From NCBI GenBank assembly GCA_010015805.1, contig ML978128.1, positions 620,001-684,000 of the forward strand: a DNA stretch of 64,000 nucleotides. The letters are read 5' to 3'. The notes under the pieces are model-generated. The model was not told the DNA's origin. It searched no databases and worked only from the letters and a program-made list of their open reading frames with translations. Both the position numbers and the translations under genes were made by a program. Below, in pieces: positions 1 to 13,600 of this stretch. Position 1 is the first letter of the stretch. Each line of letters starts with the position of its first letter. Source of the DNA: Rhizodiscina lignyota (Eukaryota).

Positions 1-564
1 GTGTTGAAAATGAGACACGCGATATCAAGTTAGGGTAGTGAGGATAGATGAAAGAAATAAAGGAAAAAGTAGAAATGGCTGTCTGCATTCGCCTGCATCA
101 CGAATGGGAGACTCTGATCCGCCTACTTCCTGCTGCTCCGTACGTTTGTTCCCTGAGCCCCAAGCCCACTCTACGAAACGGCACAATCGTTGGCTTGGAA
201 AGCAGAGGAGGAGAAGTTGAGAGCTAGGAGGACATGAGCTCCCCAAGACGTCTCTGCCCCATATGTATGTCTGCAGTGAGGCTAAAATTGCAGTGCACAT
301 CAGGGCGGGCAAAAGGGCGAGTCGGCGAATCGCCGGCTACATGAATCAATCTACACGTGCAGCCACCGCGATCCCGGCATCAGACGTCACTTCCAACGTT
401 CCAATTCAGTCTGTCTATCGCATATCCCTCCAATGTGACACATTCAAGCGTCCTCCTACCGAACACTTATCCTCACCGTTGTGTCATTGTCTCCAGACCC
501 CGAATCTCACGATCCCCATCTCCATCGCGCGCCAATTCCTGCATTCTCAGACCGGCATTCCACC

Positions 565-960
565 ATGCCGCCTCCTCGCAACAACGCAGACCCAACGCCG
601 CACCCGCACCGCCAGACGCTCAAGTTCATCCTCGTGCTGCTCTCCGGCTTCCTGTTAGGCGTGCTGCTCGGCATGCTGTCGACGAGCCTGGTGTTCTACT
701 TCGTGCCCGCGCCCTTCCTCGAGAACGTGCTGAAGCAGCGGCGGAACAAGTTCGACGAGCTGCTGCAGATGCGGCGGATGTGCAAGAGCAGCGAGGGCGG
801 GTTCGTGGAGAAGTACGACCCGGTCGAGAACGTGGTGCAGATCTGCACGTGTTGGCCGCGAGGGTGGAGCGAGCTTGGGGGGTGGATGGTTAGCTGTGCC
901 AGGGTGGAGTTGGTGGGGTGGGGAGAGGTTGGCAGCTGGGGCTTGGGAGAAGAGACCTGA
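565..960 (+). CDS. Small putative membrane protein (~131 aa), unknown function
   Basis: ATG in CACCATG context at 565, in frame with ORF 481..960. Strongly GC3-biased codons. Hydrophobic segment FILVLLSGFLLGVLLGMLSTSLVFYFV followed by a Cys-containing region. Confidence 0.55.
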   Translation: MPPPRNNADPTPHPHRQTLKFILVLLSGFLLGVLLGMLSTSLVFYFVPAPFLENVLKQRRNKFDELLQMRRMCKSSEGGFVEKYDPVENVVQICTCWPRGWSELGGWMVSCARVELVGWGEVGSWGLGEET

Positions 961-1691
961 GAGTATTGGGATGAATTGGGCGAGTGGGTCTTGTTAGAAT
1001 TGATACAGCTGGCTTGTTGGAGTCGGTTGGGCTATTGTCATACATCACAGACGAGGACGTCAGCTCTTCGCCATGATATCATGGCGAACGCGGGATACCG
1101 TTCACACCTTGCGAAGCGGCAGTTTCTAGACCATAACTTCCGAGGTGTGCAATTGCCCGAGAGCGCCGTTCTGATGCATCACGATTAGGAGAGAGCATTG
1201 GAATTAGTCCCGGCTCAAGACATCCATCAGCAGCATGTCTGATGACGGCTGACATGATTGGTCGCCAATAATGAGTATAAATCTCACACCACGTCACATT
1301 GACATCCAAACTGATTGCTTTCAGGACTGGTGAGAGAGAAGATTGCGTAGTAAATTCTATATGCCCACTATTACTGTGGAAGACATTGGCCTGCCGTTTA
1401 TTGCTCAAATCACACTCATCAATGATCTAGGTATCCTCCCTAATGAGTGAGGCCCGTTACCAGCATTCCCTTCCGTCAGTGTATTCTATTAATACAAGCA
1501 GACGGTCCATATTGTCCTGTCCTCAGAAAAGACTGAAAAAATGCTCTCGGGAGCGCCCTCTAGACACTCTACCGATCAAGCCACGGCTAAGAAAATCCTG
1601 CAAATCACTTTGACCACCCGTTTGGTGCAATTTGACGACCACCGCCATTACGTCGTCCGATCTCTATACGGAAGCCCAAGGAAAATCAAAC

Positions 1692-2387
1692 TTAGAAAAT
1701 CTTGGCGAGTCTTTTGCCCTTCATGCTCCATCTCTTCGACGTTGGAACACCAGGATGCGCCTCGACGCCATTCGTCCCCGATGCTCCTGTCCCGCCGCTG
1801 CTTGTCGAGTTCGCCCTGCTACGACCAGACGTCCCTTCGGGTTCGACGTACATGCTCTGCTTCCCTGCGCGAGAAACGTGCTCCGGGAGCTGTGCCAGGT
1901 ACGAATCGATGCGCTGATTGCGCTGGATGTTGCGCTCGCTTGCAATTTGGGTGAGGGGCGTCATCGCGTATGCTGCGGTTGTTGGTGCGGCACCGGGATT
2001 CACATTAACGTTGTAGCTTCCCGCACCACCTCCATATCCATAGCTGCTGCTGCCAGTGCTGCTGTCGCTTCTGGCAAGGCTTCCTCTCCTGCTGTCTCGA
2101 CGGGCACTCGCCAGGCTGGAGGTTGTCATAGTGCTCAGACTGTTGGTGCGTGAGAGGTGTGCTGGACCGATACCGCCCGCATCGTCGTAACCGAGCAGGC
2201 GATAGTTGGATGGGTCGAGTGCCGCCGAGCCGTTGCAGAAGGCGCAGGCATCCGTGCGGTTCTCCCAGCCGGACAGGGAGAGCTTCCCGCAGTTGGCGAG
2301 GTTCGAGCCGGTAGAGCAGGGCTTGGTGAGACGAAAGTAGGTGTGGCTGCAAGGGCCAGTGGAACGGTTGAGTTCGGCCACACACAT
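1692..2387 (-). CDS. Uncharacterised fungal protein (231 aa) with an N-terminal Cys/His-rich module and a Ser/Gly-rich disordered C-terminus
   Basis: Single ORF with ATG and coding-like codon usage. N-terminus MC..CSH..C..C..GWE..CAFC. Confidence 0.75.
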   Translation of the reverse strand: MCVAELNRSTGPCSHTYFRLTKPCSTGSNLANCGKLSLSGWENRTDACAFCNGSAALDPSNYRLLGYDDAGGIGPAHLSRTNSLSTMTTSSLASARRDSRRGSLARSDSSTGSSSYGYGGGAGSYNVNVNPGAAPTTAAYAMTPLTQIASERNIQRNQRIDSYLAQLPEHVSRAGKQSMYVEPEGTSGRSRANSTSSGGTGASGTNGVEAHPGVPTSKRWSMKGKRLAKIF

Positions 2388-4618
2388 TGTTGCTGATCTG
2401 ACGCTAAAGGGATCGTAGTTTACTGGATCTCCGAGGGAAGGATACTGGTAAAAGATCGAAGTTGTCGAAGGATCGGGGTCGTGAACGACTGGAATGAAAG
2501 TACTCTAGTACCTTGCACCGAGGGCGACAGGTCCACGTCAAGCGTATAGCAGCGGACACGGTCGGAAGTAGATGAGGTGGTGGCGGTGGCGCGGTAACTG
2601 GGAACTTTCGAGGGCCGAAAGAGAAGTGCAAAGGAATGGATGCCGCGGAAGGCGATGAGAGTGGTAGGGGACGTAAAAGGTCGCCGTTTTGAAGGACGAA
2701 AAGCGTTGGCAGCAGGGTCGGTCGATAGGCACGCCGGTGGGGACGTCTCTCGTCGCTTTGAGTGTCGGAGCGGTGCTTTGAGGGAGCGTGAGAAGCGGTC
2801 TTGGCTGGCGTGTCTTATACGTGCACGTCTGCCTTCCCCTTCGCAACTTTTTTTTCGATAGTGGAGGTTTATCGCAGTCGCACAAGATCTGATAGCGCCT
2901 TATCAGGGCATGTGTCTGACGCACGTGGCGGCTGCTATAGGTGCAAACGGGTCCGCGTGCAGTCGAGCGAGAACGAAGGGGAACGACGCAGATTTCAGGC
3001 AGTTTGCCAGGCAGTCGCGGTGTGCAAAGGGCCCGTTGTTGTACAGGATGACGGAATGCGCGTCTGTGCGCTCCTCAGTAGCTAAGGGAAACTTGCTTTG
3101 CTGCTAACGCTCTGCTAATGCTCTGGTCCGCGCGGGTGGGCCCGAAATGTCCACTAATTACCGCTGGTTGGGTCGGGGAAGCTGGAGCGGGAGGAAACGT
3201 GGTCTAGATTCGCACGCACCGTGCGCCTGGGTAAATTGTGCCTGTAAGACCACCGAGGTGAGCGAGGAAGGGGGTGAAGAAAAATATATGTAGCGCGGAC
3301 AGCCCGCCCACCATGCTGCTACGGTGAGTAGTCATACTCGTCTCAGCAGCGACAGCAGAGGAACAGCCAGTGCTTAAGAGTCACCTCCTGCGCGGACGTG
3401 GGCAGCACATGACTGACCATTGCTCAGTCCGCCGCGTCCAAGCCTGGCTGTGCCGTCTCATCAAGCTCTGCCCAAGATCTCCGCCGGCATCCCTTCCCGC
3501 AACGCCGCCCCAGCCAAGGGCTTGTCGAGCACTTGTCAGCGCCTCGACGTGTGAGGACTTGGGCGGTAGGGAGAGGTGTTGCTAAGCTTGACAGAGGATT
3601 ATGGGCCATGGCGACCCCCTACTCCTACCTAGCGGGTCAGGACTCACGAGCAGACGTTGCGCGGAAGGAAGCGCTAGGGCGTGCAGCTAGGCGTGCTTCC
3701 GCGGGCGCCGGAGCCCTCTGGACGCTGCTTGGCGGGCGAAGATGGACGGCCGGTGGGCTGAGCTGGTGAGATGAACGCTGATGGGCATCGATGCTGTTCC
3801 AGAGCCACAGCGTCGGGTCGCACGCGAGATGCTCTGCTCTGCTGGCACGATGTGCCATTCTGCAATATTACGGGCGTTGACTCTCCGCGTGCAGAGCGTG
3901 TACATGTACATGTACATGGCAGATCGTTGAAGCGCAATTGGAGACTAACTCACGGCTTAGTCTCCATTGCTCGCCGCACAGAGGCTCAACGTAGCGAATT
4001 GAGCCTCCTCAGCGCTCGCATGTCATCTCTTATCCGCATGAAAACATTATGAAAAAATTGCTGACCCCGGCACTTGCAATATTGCCAAAAGTGGGCATGC
4101 AGTGCCTAGCTGCTAGCCCGTTTCTCCACACAAGCACGACGGCCGCCCAGATCGCATACCAAGAGGTCCAATCCAGCCACACCGCGCCAGACGTCGCGGC
4201 ATTGGAACCCCTCGCCTCTTCGCATGGGACTGCATATGTATACTCCACACCTCTTAGCAAGCAAGTCGCTGTGAGTCGTCACGTCGCTGTTCGTGCCGTC
4301 CCGCACGCTTTGCCGTTATTAGCTGTGCTAGGTACTCCGCACCCGGACACTGATGGTGTGCGAATGCAACCTTTAGCCAATTCTCCAATCCTCATCGATG
4401 CGGCACCAGGGTGTGCAGAATCGCTACTGAAATGTGACTTATCACTTTATTTCTGGCCCTCAAACTTTCCGATCGTTTCGGATTGCACAGTTTATATTCT
4501 TGGATCAGATGCCTGCCAATGTTACAGAGCATAACCTCTATGTACAATTTGAGCGCGATAAGGATGCAAAATACCAGTCTTATTAACGCAAAACGTAGGT
4601 ATGAGCAAAGGAAAATTA

Positions 4619-7600
4619 TCAGTCTGTCTCCCTGTCACACAGTTCCTCCAACATTCTCCCGAGATTTCGCACGACACCTTGGGCTTGCTCAAGAGACAGC
4701 ATCTTCTCTGGGCAAAACAGCCCAACATGCAAGGAGCCATCCACAACGGCGGCCTCAACGTCCACGGATTGCTATATTACGTCAGTACTGCATGAAACAG
4801 CGAAAAGAATGTGCATCGACTCACCAGGTACGCCCCTTTAACCACGTTCCGCTTCAGCTCCGGCGGATTTTCAAATTCTTCGGAGGAGACGTCCACAACA
4901 CGACCATAACCTTCCGATCGTCGAGAATTGAGCTCTGTGATTTGCACGGCAACTTCTCCACTCTCCTCCACGGGCCGATCCGTACCTCCGTCGCCAGCAT
5001 CCGGCAGTTTCAGAAAATTGACAAAGCTGTCGATCTTTACACCAGTCCATTCCTCAATCTCGCACAGCCCAGCAGCGGAGTTTGCAACACTGCTAACTTC
5101 TTGGAGATCCTGTTGCACCTGTATCGCAACTTCAATCAAGCTTCTACTTGCTGGCGCGACGACCCGAAGCGGGACAAGGTTGACCGTCGGCATTGGCAAA
5201 TCAGCCAAGTCGTCAAGAGCGTGCGATCGATTTGCGAGGTAGATCCCAAATACCACATCCTCCAGGGCATTCTCCTCTTGAGGAGAAACGAGCCTTGCGT
5301 AGATTCGGGCGTAGGCAGCGAGGAATAGTGCCTGAACTGGCAACCCCTTCTTTCTCGCAAGATTGTCGAGTCTCTGCACGCCCGAGAAGGCGCCCGGAAC
5401 AAAGATTTCCACACGCTTATCGATGGAATTTGGCTGCGAAAAGCATGTGGCAGGTGCTCCGCGAAGGTATGACGTCCAGAACTCTCGGCTAGTGCCGTGT
5501 GCGTCTTGCGGAATTGTCTGTGCGATGTACTTCTCGTAAACGCCAAGCGGCGGTGAGACGACGTGTTTGTGATTGCAGAGGTCCTGTAGCTGTGAGATCA
5601 GAAGTGGAAGGCTGACGCCATCGTAGAGCGCATGGTGAATTTTCAGTCTTATGAGCCAATCACCCTCTTGAGGTTGCACGGCCAGGGCGACCAAGGGCTG
5701 GTTCGCAGATTTTTTTATTTCTGACTGGTCCGTATCAAGAACCTGAACTTCATTGACGGCTGACTTGAGAATGACTTGGATGACTGGAGTGTCCCTTCGC
5801 CCAGTCGCTACCAGAACTGTGCGCAACATTGGATTGAACTTTACAAGATCTGCCCAGGCAGTCTGTAGCGTGTCGACTGAAAGTTGCATGGGTGCGGAAT
5901 ATTGGAACTCTGGGTAAAACAGCGCGCCCTTAGCCTGTTGCCAAACCGATAGCATGTAGACCTGCCCCGATGTAGCTGGCAGCAGCTTCTCAACATCGGC
6001 CTTTGCAATGCCTGCAACGTCGAGGAGACTATTCAGCTCCGCATCTGGAAGGTCCAATAAGGACCGACTAGACAGCTGAGTATCTTGAGAAGAGTCAATG
6101 CCATTCTTCGAAGACGCCAGCTGAGCCATCTTTGCAATCGATCCAGCACGTAGAAGCTCGCTCACAGAGAGCTTCATACCTTCGGAGCGAAGAAGCCTTG
6201 ATACCTTGATAGCGCTGATGGAATCCAGACCGAGATGGTACAATGTTGACTGCTTAGAGATTTCAGCCTCCGCGACACCGGACACTGTAGCAAGGACCTT
6301 GCGGACTGCTACTTCAGCAACACTCCAATGTGTCGGATCAACAGTGCCTTCAGAGGTCTTCAAGTCGCTCGGCTCGGTGCTTGAAGGATCAACAGCCTCA
6401 ATCTCAAATTCAGGAAGACCTGCAACACTCAGGCCATCTTCTAGATCATCCAAGACAGGTGTGTCTGTCGAATCGAGCATTCGCTGGAGGACAGAGTCAA
6501 GGCGCTCCAAGAGTGCTTCAACACCATTGACGTCTAAGACGTCGCGTTTGCATGCAGTACGCCAAATAACTTCATCCCCAACAATTTCCATTTCGACACA
6601 AACAGGAAACTCCACATCCGATGCGCCGCCAATAGACTCGTACAGGGGCTGTCCAGCATCTTCACCTTCCGGCCTTGTTTGATAGATGAAAAGCGTATCG
6701 AACAACGGCCCGCCGTTAGTGTCCGCAAATTTAAGAGCCTTGGCGAGAGGGAAGTGCTGGTGCTCCCTTGCTGAAGTGACGCTCTCCTGCACAAACTGCA
6801 GCATCTCGACAAATCGGCCATGGATGAACGATCGGAAGGCAATTGTGCTCATTGTCGGAAACATAACCTCATTCGCCTCTGGGGTATCCCGACCCGATAG
6901 AACAACGCCGAAAACGACATCCAGCTTCCGCAGGTAGGACGAAAGCACTAATGACCAGCATGTTAGCGCCACAGCTTGTGCAGTGACGCCGTGATCTTTC
7001 GAGAATAACCTCAACTTCGGTGCTGATATTCTACTCTTGTTCTCTAGCCGCTGCAGACGAGGTTCATCTGCACCTGTAGATGTTACGGGGAACAAGGATG
7101 ACTGTGCCCCTGCAAGTGTGTCGTTCCAAAACTGATGCGCTTCACCGGAGTTGGAGTCGGATATGATGTTCTTCAAAGTCTCAAGGAAATGTGGACGGCC
7201 AACATCGGATTGAAGGTAGGCCTTTTGGACATCGGAGTGCAACAAGCTGAGAGACCATCCATCGTAGAGTGCATGTGCTATGGATAACACAAGATAAATG
7301 TCGTCTTTGCAGCGGACGAGGGTCACTGAGAACAGGGTGTCTTTTCCATTCTGCTCTGCAGCGTTCGCCCTTATCTGCTCCTGAAGCTGTAAAATGTCTT
7401 CGACCGTGTCGCAGCTTGTCTCTGTTAGAGCCAATTCGCTCGATCGACGAACGCACTGTGCGAACGCGTTGCTATGGGCCGGGTCATCCACCGGTATGAA
7501 AATCGTCCTCAGGATGGGATATGTCTGATACAATGTATTCCAGGCATCTCGCAATCTCCGTACGTCGGTGTCTTGCGCTAGCTTCATGACATCCATGTTG

Positions 7601-10600
7601 TAGTACTCCGTGAAGTCCGAGCTCAACATCTCCGCAACCATAGCATCCTGCATGGGCGAAGTCGGCAACACGTAGTCGAAATCTTCAATCGCAATCTTTG
7701 AACCCTTCAGACTCCGTATCAACTCCGATTCAATGCTCTCCATGTCGACTTGTGGAGAGGCCGAGCCAGGCTCGTCTGGCTTGCCTTCCAGACGATTTGC
7801 GATTTTCTCTATTGTCAGTTCACGCATGATTGTGCTGACCGGAATCTTGCGACCGATTTTGGCAAGCCTGGAGGAGAGCTTGACTGCGTCGATGCTGTCC
7901 AAACCAAGCTCTAGAATGGATTGATGGGAGGCAATTGTCTCGGCATCAATGCCAGCCAAAATGGATATCTCGTCCCTTACCGCAACTTGAACAGGGGTCC
8001 AATCCTGGCTATTATCGTTTCTTTGACCATATTCTCGTGTTCCGTTCAATTTCTCGACGTCGTTCGCCGTATGCAGCACCTCGATCTCGCCGATAACGTG
8101 TGAGACCAAACCGTCGGAGCTCTCTAACATTGCAGAATATGCCATTTCAAGCAGTTCTTTCATGCGTTCAAGATCTTCGCCGCTGAAGTATTGGTTTTGG
8201 GCAACGAGTTGTACCTGGAGAGTCCCATTCCGACAATACTCGACGTCAACGGCGAGTGGATAGTCTGCAGCTTGTTCGGACTCTAGCGGTTTCCAAAGAT
8301 CGGCATAATTGTCCTCTTCCGTTTGCTTCTGGAAAACGAATAGTGTGTCAAATAGTGCGTGCCCGTGCGGAACTTTGAGCCACTTCCGAATATCCCGGAG
8401 AGGTGTATGCTGATATGGAAGAGCGGCAGCATTGAAATCGTGGCATTTCCTGATCACACTGGTCCAAGTATCTGATCCCTCAAATGCAAAGCAGAAGGGA
8501 ATCGTGTTGAACATTGGCCCAACGACCCGATCGGCATCTTTGAAATCAATGGACCGGCCAGAGACAACCATTCCGATAGTCAAATCACCCTGCTTTTGAT
8601 TGCGAAGAGCCGCGAGCCAGCAAGCTTGCACTAGGGCTTGATCCGTGACACCAAGTCTGCGCTTTAGCTTCTCGAATTTAGTACCGCTAGATAAGCTCAA
8701 TGACATTGAGTGAACAGCATTGTCCGGGTCAGTGGAAATGGTAGGCAAATAATATCCTTGGGCTCCTTGTAGCCGCTCTAGCCAGAACGTCTTTGCGCCC
8801 GCAACTGTTTGCAGCGGCCCATGAGCAAGGGCTTCGTGGAACGCTGGGCCGTAGTCTATCTGTTCCTGTTGTTTATACTCGGCCACGACCAGATGCAGGA
8901 GAAGCGCTAGACTATTCGCATCGTAAAGGCCATGGAAGATATGAAGAGCCATAATTGCCTTGGTCGAGCTTCTTGCCACCACAATCTCAACTGGGTGCCT
9001 GAAGGTCTCCTTGTTTTGCTGCCACCATTGACGATGTCGCTCGGCAAGATATTCTAAGCTATCATGTCCATCAGGAAGGCCAAGTTCGCTCCAGAGTTGG
9101 TCAACTTCTCGTAGGGCTACTTGCACATAGCCTTCGGTGGTTGGTACAAACCGCGTCCGCAAAATCTGCAGGGACACGACTGCTTTCTCCCATGCTCCAC
9201 GTAGCGCGGCAAGATCGATATTTGGGTGCAGCTCGAAACGAAAGGCTGTGAAATACAGAGGCTGGTCGCTCTCGATGGATTTTGAAATGATGCCTTGTTG
9301 GAGCGCAGTACATGGTGCGATACTTTCCACCTCAGACGCAGAGACATCAAGGAGCCTAGAGACCACATTTTTGTACTTGTGCCGGGCAATAGCGATTGCT
9401 TGCTTCGCCGATAGGACTGCTCCTTTACCGGTTCGCTTTTCCGGAGAGACAGAGTCAAGCGCCGAGGCCAATTGAGATATTGTAGAATCTCACTTTGTCA
9501 GTACACGGCCAACAATCGTACGCCAGAGCATTTACTTACTGTTCATAATAAGTGAGACCGTAGCTGCGCGAAAACCGTTCGACTTCAAAGCTTGTGAAAA
9601 TCCAAAGACCGATATGGAGTCCAGCCCCAGTTCAAAAATGCTCGTTGATTTTCGCACATCGTCGCTGTCAATTGAGGCAAAGTTACCAAGCACTCTAATG
9701 ACCGCCTTCTCTCGCTCAGTAAGCGATACGTTTGAACTATCGGCACCAGCAGAGAGTTGGAGAAGGTTTTCTCCAGATATCTCGCCATATATTTGTTTCA
9801 GAGTGTGCGCGTCTGTCTTGTTGTTCGCGGAGAGCGGAATTTTCGTGAGGAGGATTGCATGCGTGGGAACCATATACGGAGGAAGCTTTCTTGAACATGC
9901 GTCAAGAGTTCCTGCAACGATCCCGGAGCTTTCTTGGTCGTACAGGACCTCAGGTTTAGTAGACGGATTCCTAGAAGCCGTAGTGACGAGAAACGTGACT
10001 AGCTGCTCCCGCTGTTGAGTTGGATGCTTCAGAACAAGCGTTGCGATGTCTTTCAGCGACGGAAGGGCATCCCGGATGACACTATTGATCTCTCCAATCT
10101 CAAGTCTTTGACCCCTCAGCTTCACTTGATCATCCGCACGTCCGAGAAAGTCGAAACTTTCGTCACTGAGAATCCGGACTAAATCTCCGGTTCGATAGAG
10201 ACGCTCCCCATGCCTCTCGAGGAATGGAAATCGCTCTGCAGTTAAGTCTGGCCGATTGAGATAGCCCTTGCCGACAAGCTTCCCTGAGACGCATAGCTCT
10301 CCAACTGCGCCGCGTAGAACGGGAATATCAGATCCTGGTTTCAGCACGTAAGAGCCGACGTTCAAGAACTGTGGGCCGATATTCGATGGCTTGCCGTTAG
10401 CTGGGACTCGAGGGTACATTGTAACTCCAATTGTTGCTTCTGTCGGCCCGTAGCCGTTGTATATGACGCCCTTTGGACCCCAGACATCGAGGATCTCTTG
10501 TTGAAGCTTTTCGCCGCCGGTAATGAAAACGCCCCTACAAAGGTCTGGCACGTCATCCGGAGTCAGTAGTTTTGCCAAACTGGGCGTCAGATCGATATGA

Positions 10601-13600
10601 GTGATCTTGAGACGTCGGATGGACGAGGCAAGGTCTTCGAATATAAGGTCTCTCGGTGCTGAGACGACACGAATGCCTACAGACCAACTCCAATACTGCT
10701 CGAGCACGGACACATCGAAATGGAACGAAGCAAATTGTAACCAGCGCGACTTCTTATCCCAGTGGCCACTGAAAAGATGCTGGAAGGACAGCATAGCCTG
10801 CACCGCATTCTCGTGCGTGATTTCACAACCTTTCGGAGTACCTGTAGTGCCGCTGGTGTATAGACAGTAGCAGGTTGCTGATGGTGTAATGGGCGGCTGA
10901 TGCTTGTTCTTGGCAGCGCTCGGGAGGTTTGACATGTTTGCCAGATCAAAGACGTGGACTCGTGAGAGGGTTTTGAGACTTTCAGCTTGCTCCCCAGAAG
11001 ACAGCACCAAGGACGCCTTGGAGTCATCCAGGATAAATTGCTTTCGCGCAGTCGGTGCATTAGGATCGATCGCAACATATGCGTATCCAGTCTTCAAGAC
11101 TCCTAGAATCGCGAAAGAAGCCTCGGGGCACTTGTCGAAACAAATTGCAATGAGCTGGCCGGCCTCAACACCTTGCTTGCATAATAATGATCTGACACGG
11201 TTGCCTTCGTCATTGAGCTCACTGTATGTCCAGTATCTGCTGATAGGCTGATCCCCGTCGAAACCATCAACAAACTCCAAGGCGTATCTGTCCGGTATTT
11301 GACGTGCCTTCTCCTCGACGAACTCGTGCAGTAACTTGACATTCGACGGTAGCTCCAAATGTTTTGCAGGTGTTATTGAAAACAAGTCAGTATGTCTCTT
11401 ATATAACTGCTCAGATGAGGCATTTGGATGGAGCACCAAGTCAACAAATATCATATCAAGTTGATGCAATAATGTCTCAGCTTGTTGCTGAGGAAGCTTC
11501 GTAGTATCAAAAGTCAATCGGAATGAGAAGTAGCCGGACCCAGACTTCTCCAATTCGACCGACACAGCATACTAACAATTATTAGCAGAAAATGCAGGAT
11601 GAAGGATTTCTTTTCTTACATCTGTTGGAGAATATTCCTCTGCTACTGTCCATGGTAGATCCGGGAGAGTGACCGTAGTTCTTTGGTACGCGAAAATGGT
11701 GTCGAACAAGGCCTCTCGTGTGTGCCCACTCCATCTCCGGATGCTCGCCAAGGGCGCAAATTGGAATTTGCGCACAGAGTTGTTGTAATCCATGGCCTGC
11801 TTTAAGACCGATTCATTACCGGGAGAAGCCGAACTAGAGTATGGGAGGGTTGTAATGCAAGGAAAGCAAGCCGACTCTGCTTCAGTGGACTCACGTCCAG
11901 AAAGGACGATTCCGAACGTGATCTGATCTTCTCCGAGATACGCTGCCAAAAGACGTGCCCACGAAGCCTGCGCTACCGCTTGGACCGTCACATCAGCACT
12001 GCTGCAGGCCTGTTCTACTTCCTTACAGCTCTGAGAGCACTTGCGTGACAAGCTCTGAAAGGACCCATAGTGTTGCTGTAGAGGGTTCATGTCTGGGAAA
12101 CGAACAATGCGCAACGAATTAGCTTGTTTAGTCCAGAAGCTCCGCTGATCTTTGGATTCCACAGAGCTCGACTGGATGATTTCCCTAAGCACGACAGCGA
12201 TGTCGGATTCCTCTTGGACAATTTGATCCTGAAGCGCCTGTGCTAGGTCGTTGAAGATCATCTGGAGGCTGTGTGCATCGTAAAGAGCATGCAGTATCAC
12301 GAGGTCGATGTACAAGTCATTCTCCACTTCGTAATGAAGCATCCTCCAAGGTGGTCTCTGCAGACTGTTCTGAATCTCCGCTGCGGCATTGTTTCTCCAC
12401 TGCTCCAGGTTGCGAACATTGCTTTCCAGCATCTCGCCTGCTGGGTAGGAAGAGTCATACCACAACATCGCGAACGGATGTTGAGGCTCATCAGTTTGTA
12501 CAAAACCGGTGCGCAGCATCTGGCGAGCTCTGGTTACCCTACACATCGCGGTCCTAATATCGTGAAAGGACCACGTTGAATGCAGCTTAAGCGTGATTCG
12601 ATTGCAGTAAAGGCCGTCGAATGATTTCAAGAATTCCGAAAGAATTCCATTTTGCGTTGGAGTGCAAGGGAGGATTTGTCCAACCGATTTCTGAGAGCCC
12701 TTGGAAATCTTGTGCTTGATTCTTTCTTCGAACGCTGAAAAATCAATCTTAACCGCATGAGGGTCATCGTGACTGTCCCTTGACAATCTCTGATCGATGA
12801 ATTGCGCGAGAGAGCCACAGGTTGGATGTTGGAGAATGTCAGCGACAGTGATTGATGGCCAAGATTTGCGAAGCAGCATGGCAACCTTGGTCGCGCTGAT
12901 GCTGTCAAGGCCGAGGCGGAATATTGTCGTATTTTTATGAATGTTCTCTAGTGAAACTGTAGATACTTCTTGTAGTGCGTTTCGGATTGTGATTTCCGTC
13001 GTAGACCAGTGTGGCGTCTTACTGAGTGGCTCGTCCTCGATAGCAGCTCTAAAGAGCGAGCGAAGCCTGCGCATATTGAGTTTACCAGATTTCGTATATG
13101 GCAATCGGTCAATCAGGCAAACTTGTTGAGGTGATAGAGATAAGGAATATGCATCCTTCAGGGCATCGCAGGCTGCACTCTTGTGCGCCCCAAACATCTT
13201 CGAGTCTGCCTCGCCATTCAAGACGATGAAGGCTACTAAATCCTCAGAGCCATCTGCAGAGTGATTGATGCTGACTATGGTTGCGTCCTGCACGAAGGGC
13301 AAATCGCGAACAGTCTGACTGATGCGCTCCGTATGTTTCTCTGTACATCCACGCAACTGAATGACCCCATTTGGATGCATGCGAGCTAGGTAACCCGTGC
13401 GACATTGGTCTGAGCTATGATGATCGTCCTTGCTATTTTGCGGTTTGGCTTCCTCATTTTCTTGAACGACAACTTCTCCGACTGCCCCGAGAGGTACTAT
13501 CGTGTCGTCTTCTGGGAATAGAATATTTACTGTGGTGCCAGAATTCCACGGTCGCTCTCCTCTTGCATGGGATAGAACAACCCCGATAGGTGGAAGGGTT

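Noticed and set aside
3900..3918. (GTACAT)3 palindromic microrepeat
   Set aside because: Too short; an ordinary microsatellite.
2400..4600. Additional genes between the 231-aa gene and the NRPS 3' end
   Set aside because: Short ORFs with no coding bias; the region reads as UTR/promoter sequence.
4483..5328. 281-aa plus-strand ORF and the many other antisense or overlapping ORFs in the track
   Set aside because: Shadow ORFs opposite real genes, with no motifs or start context.
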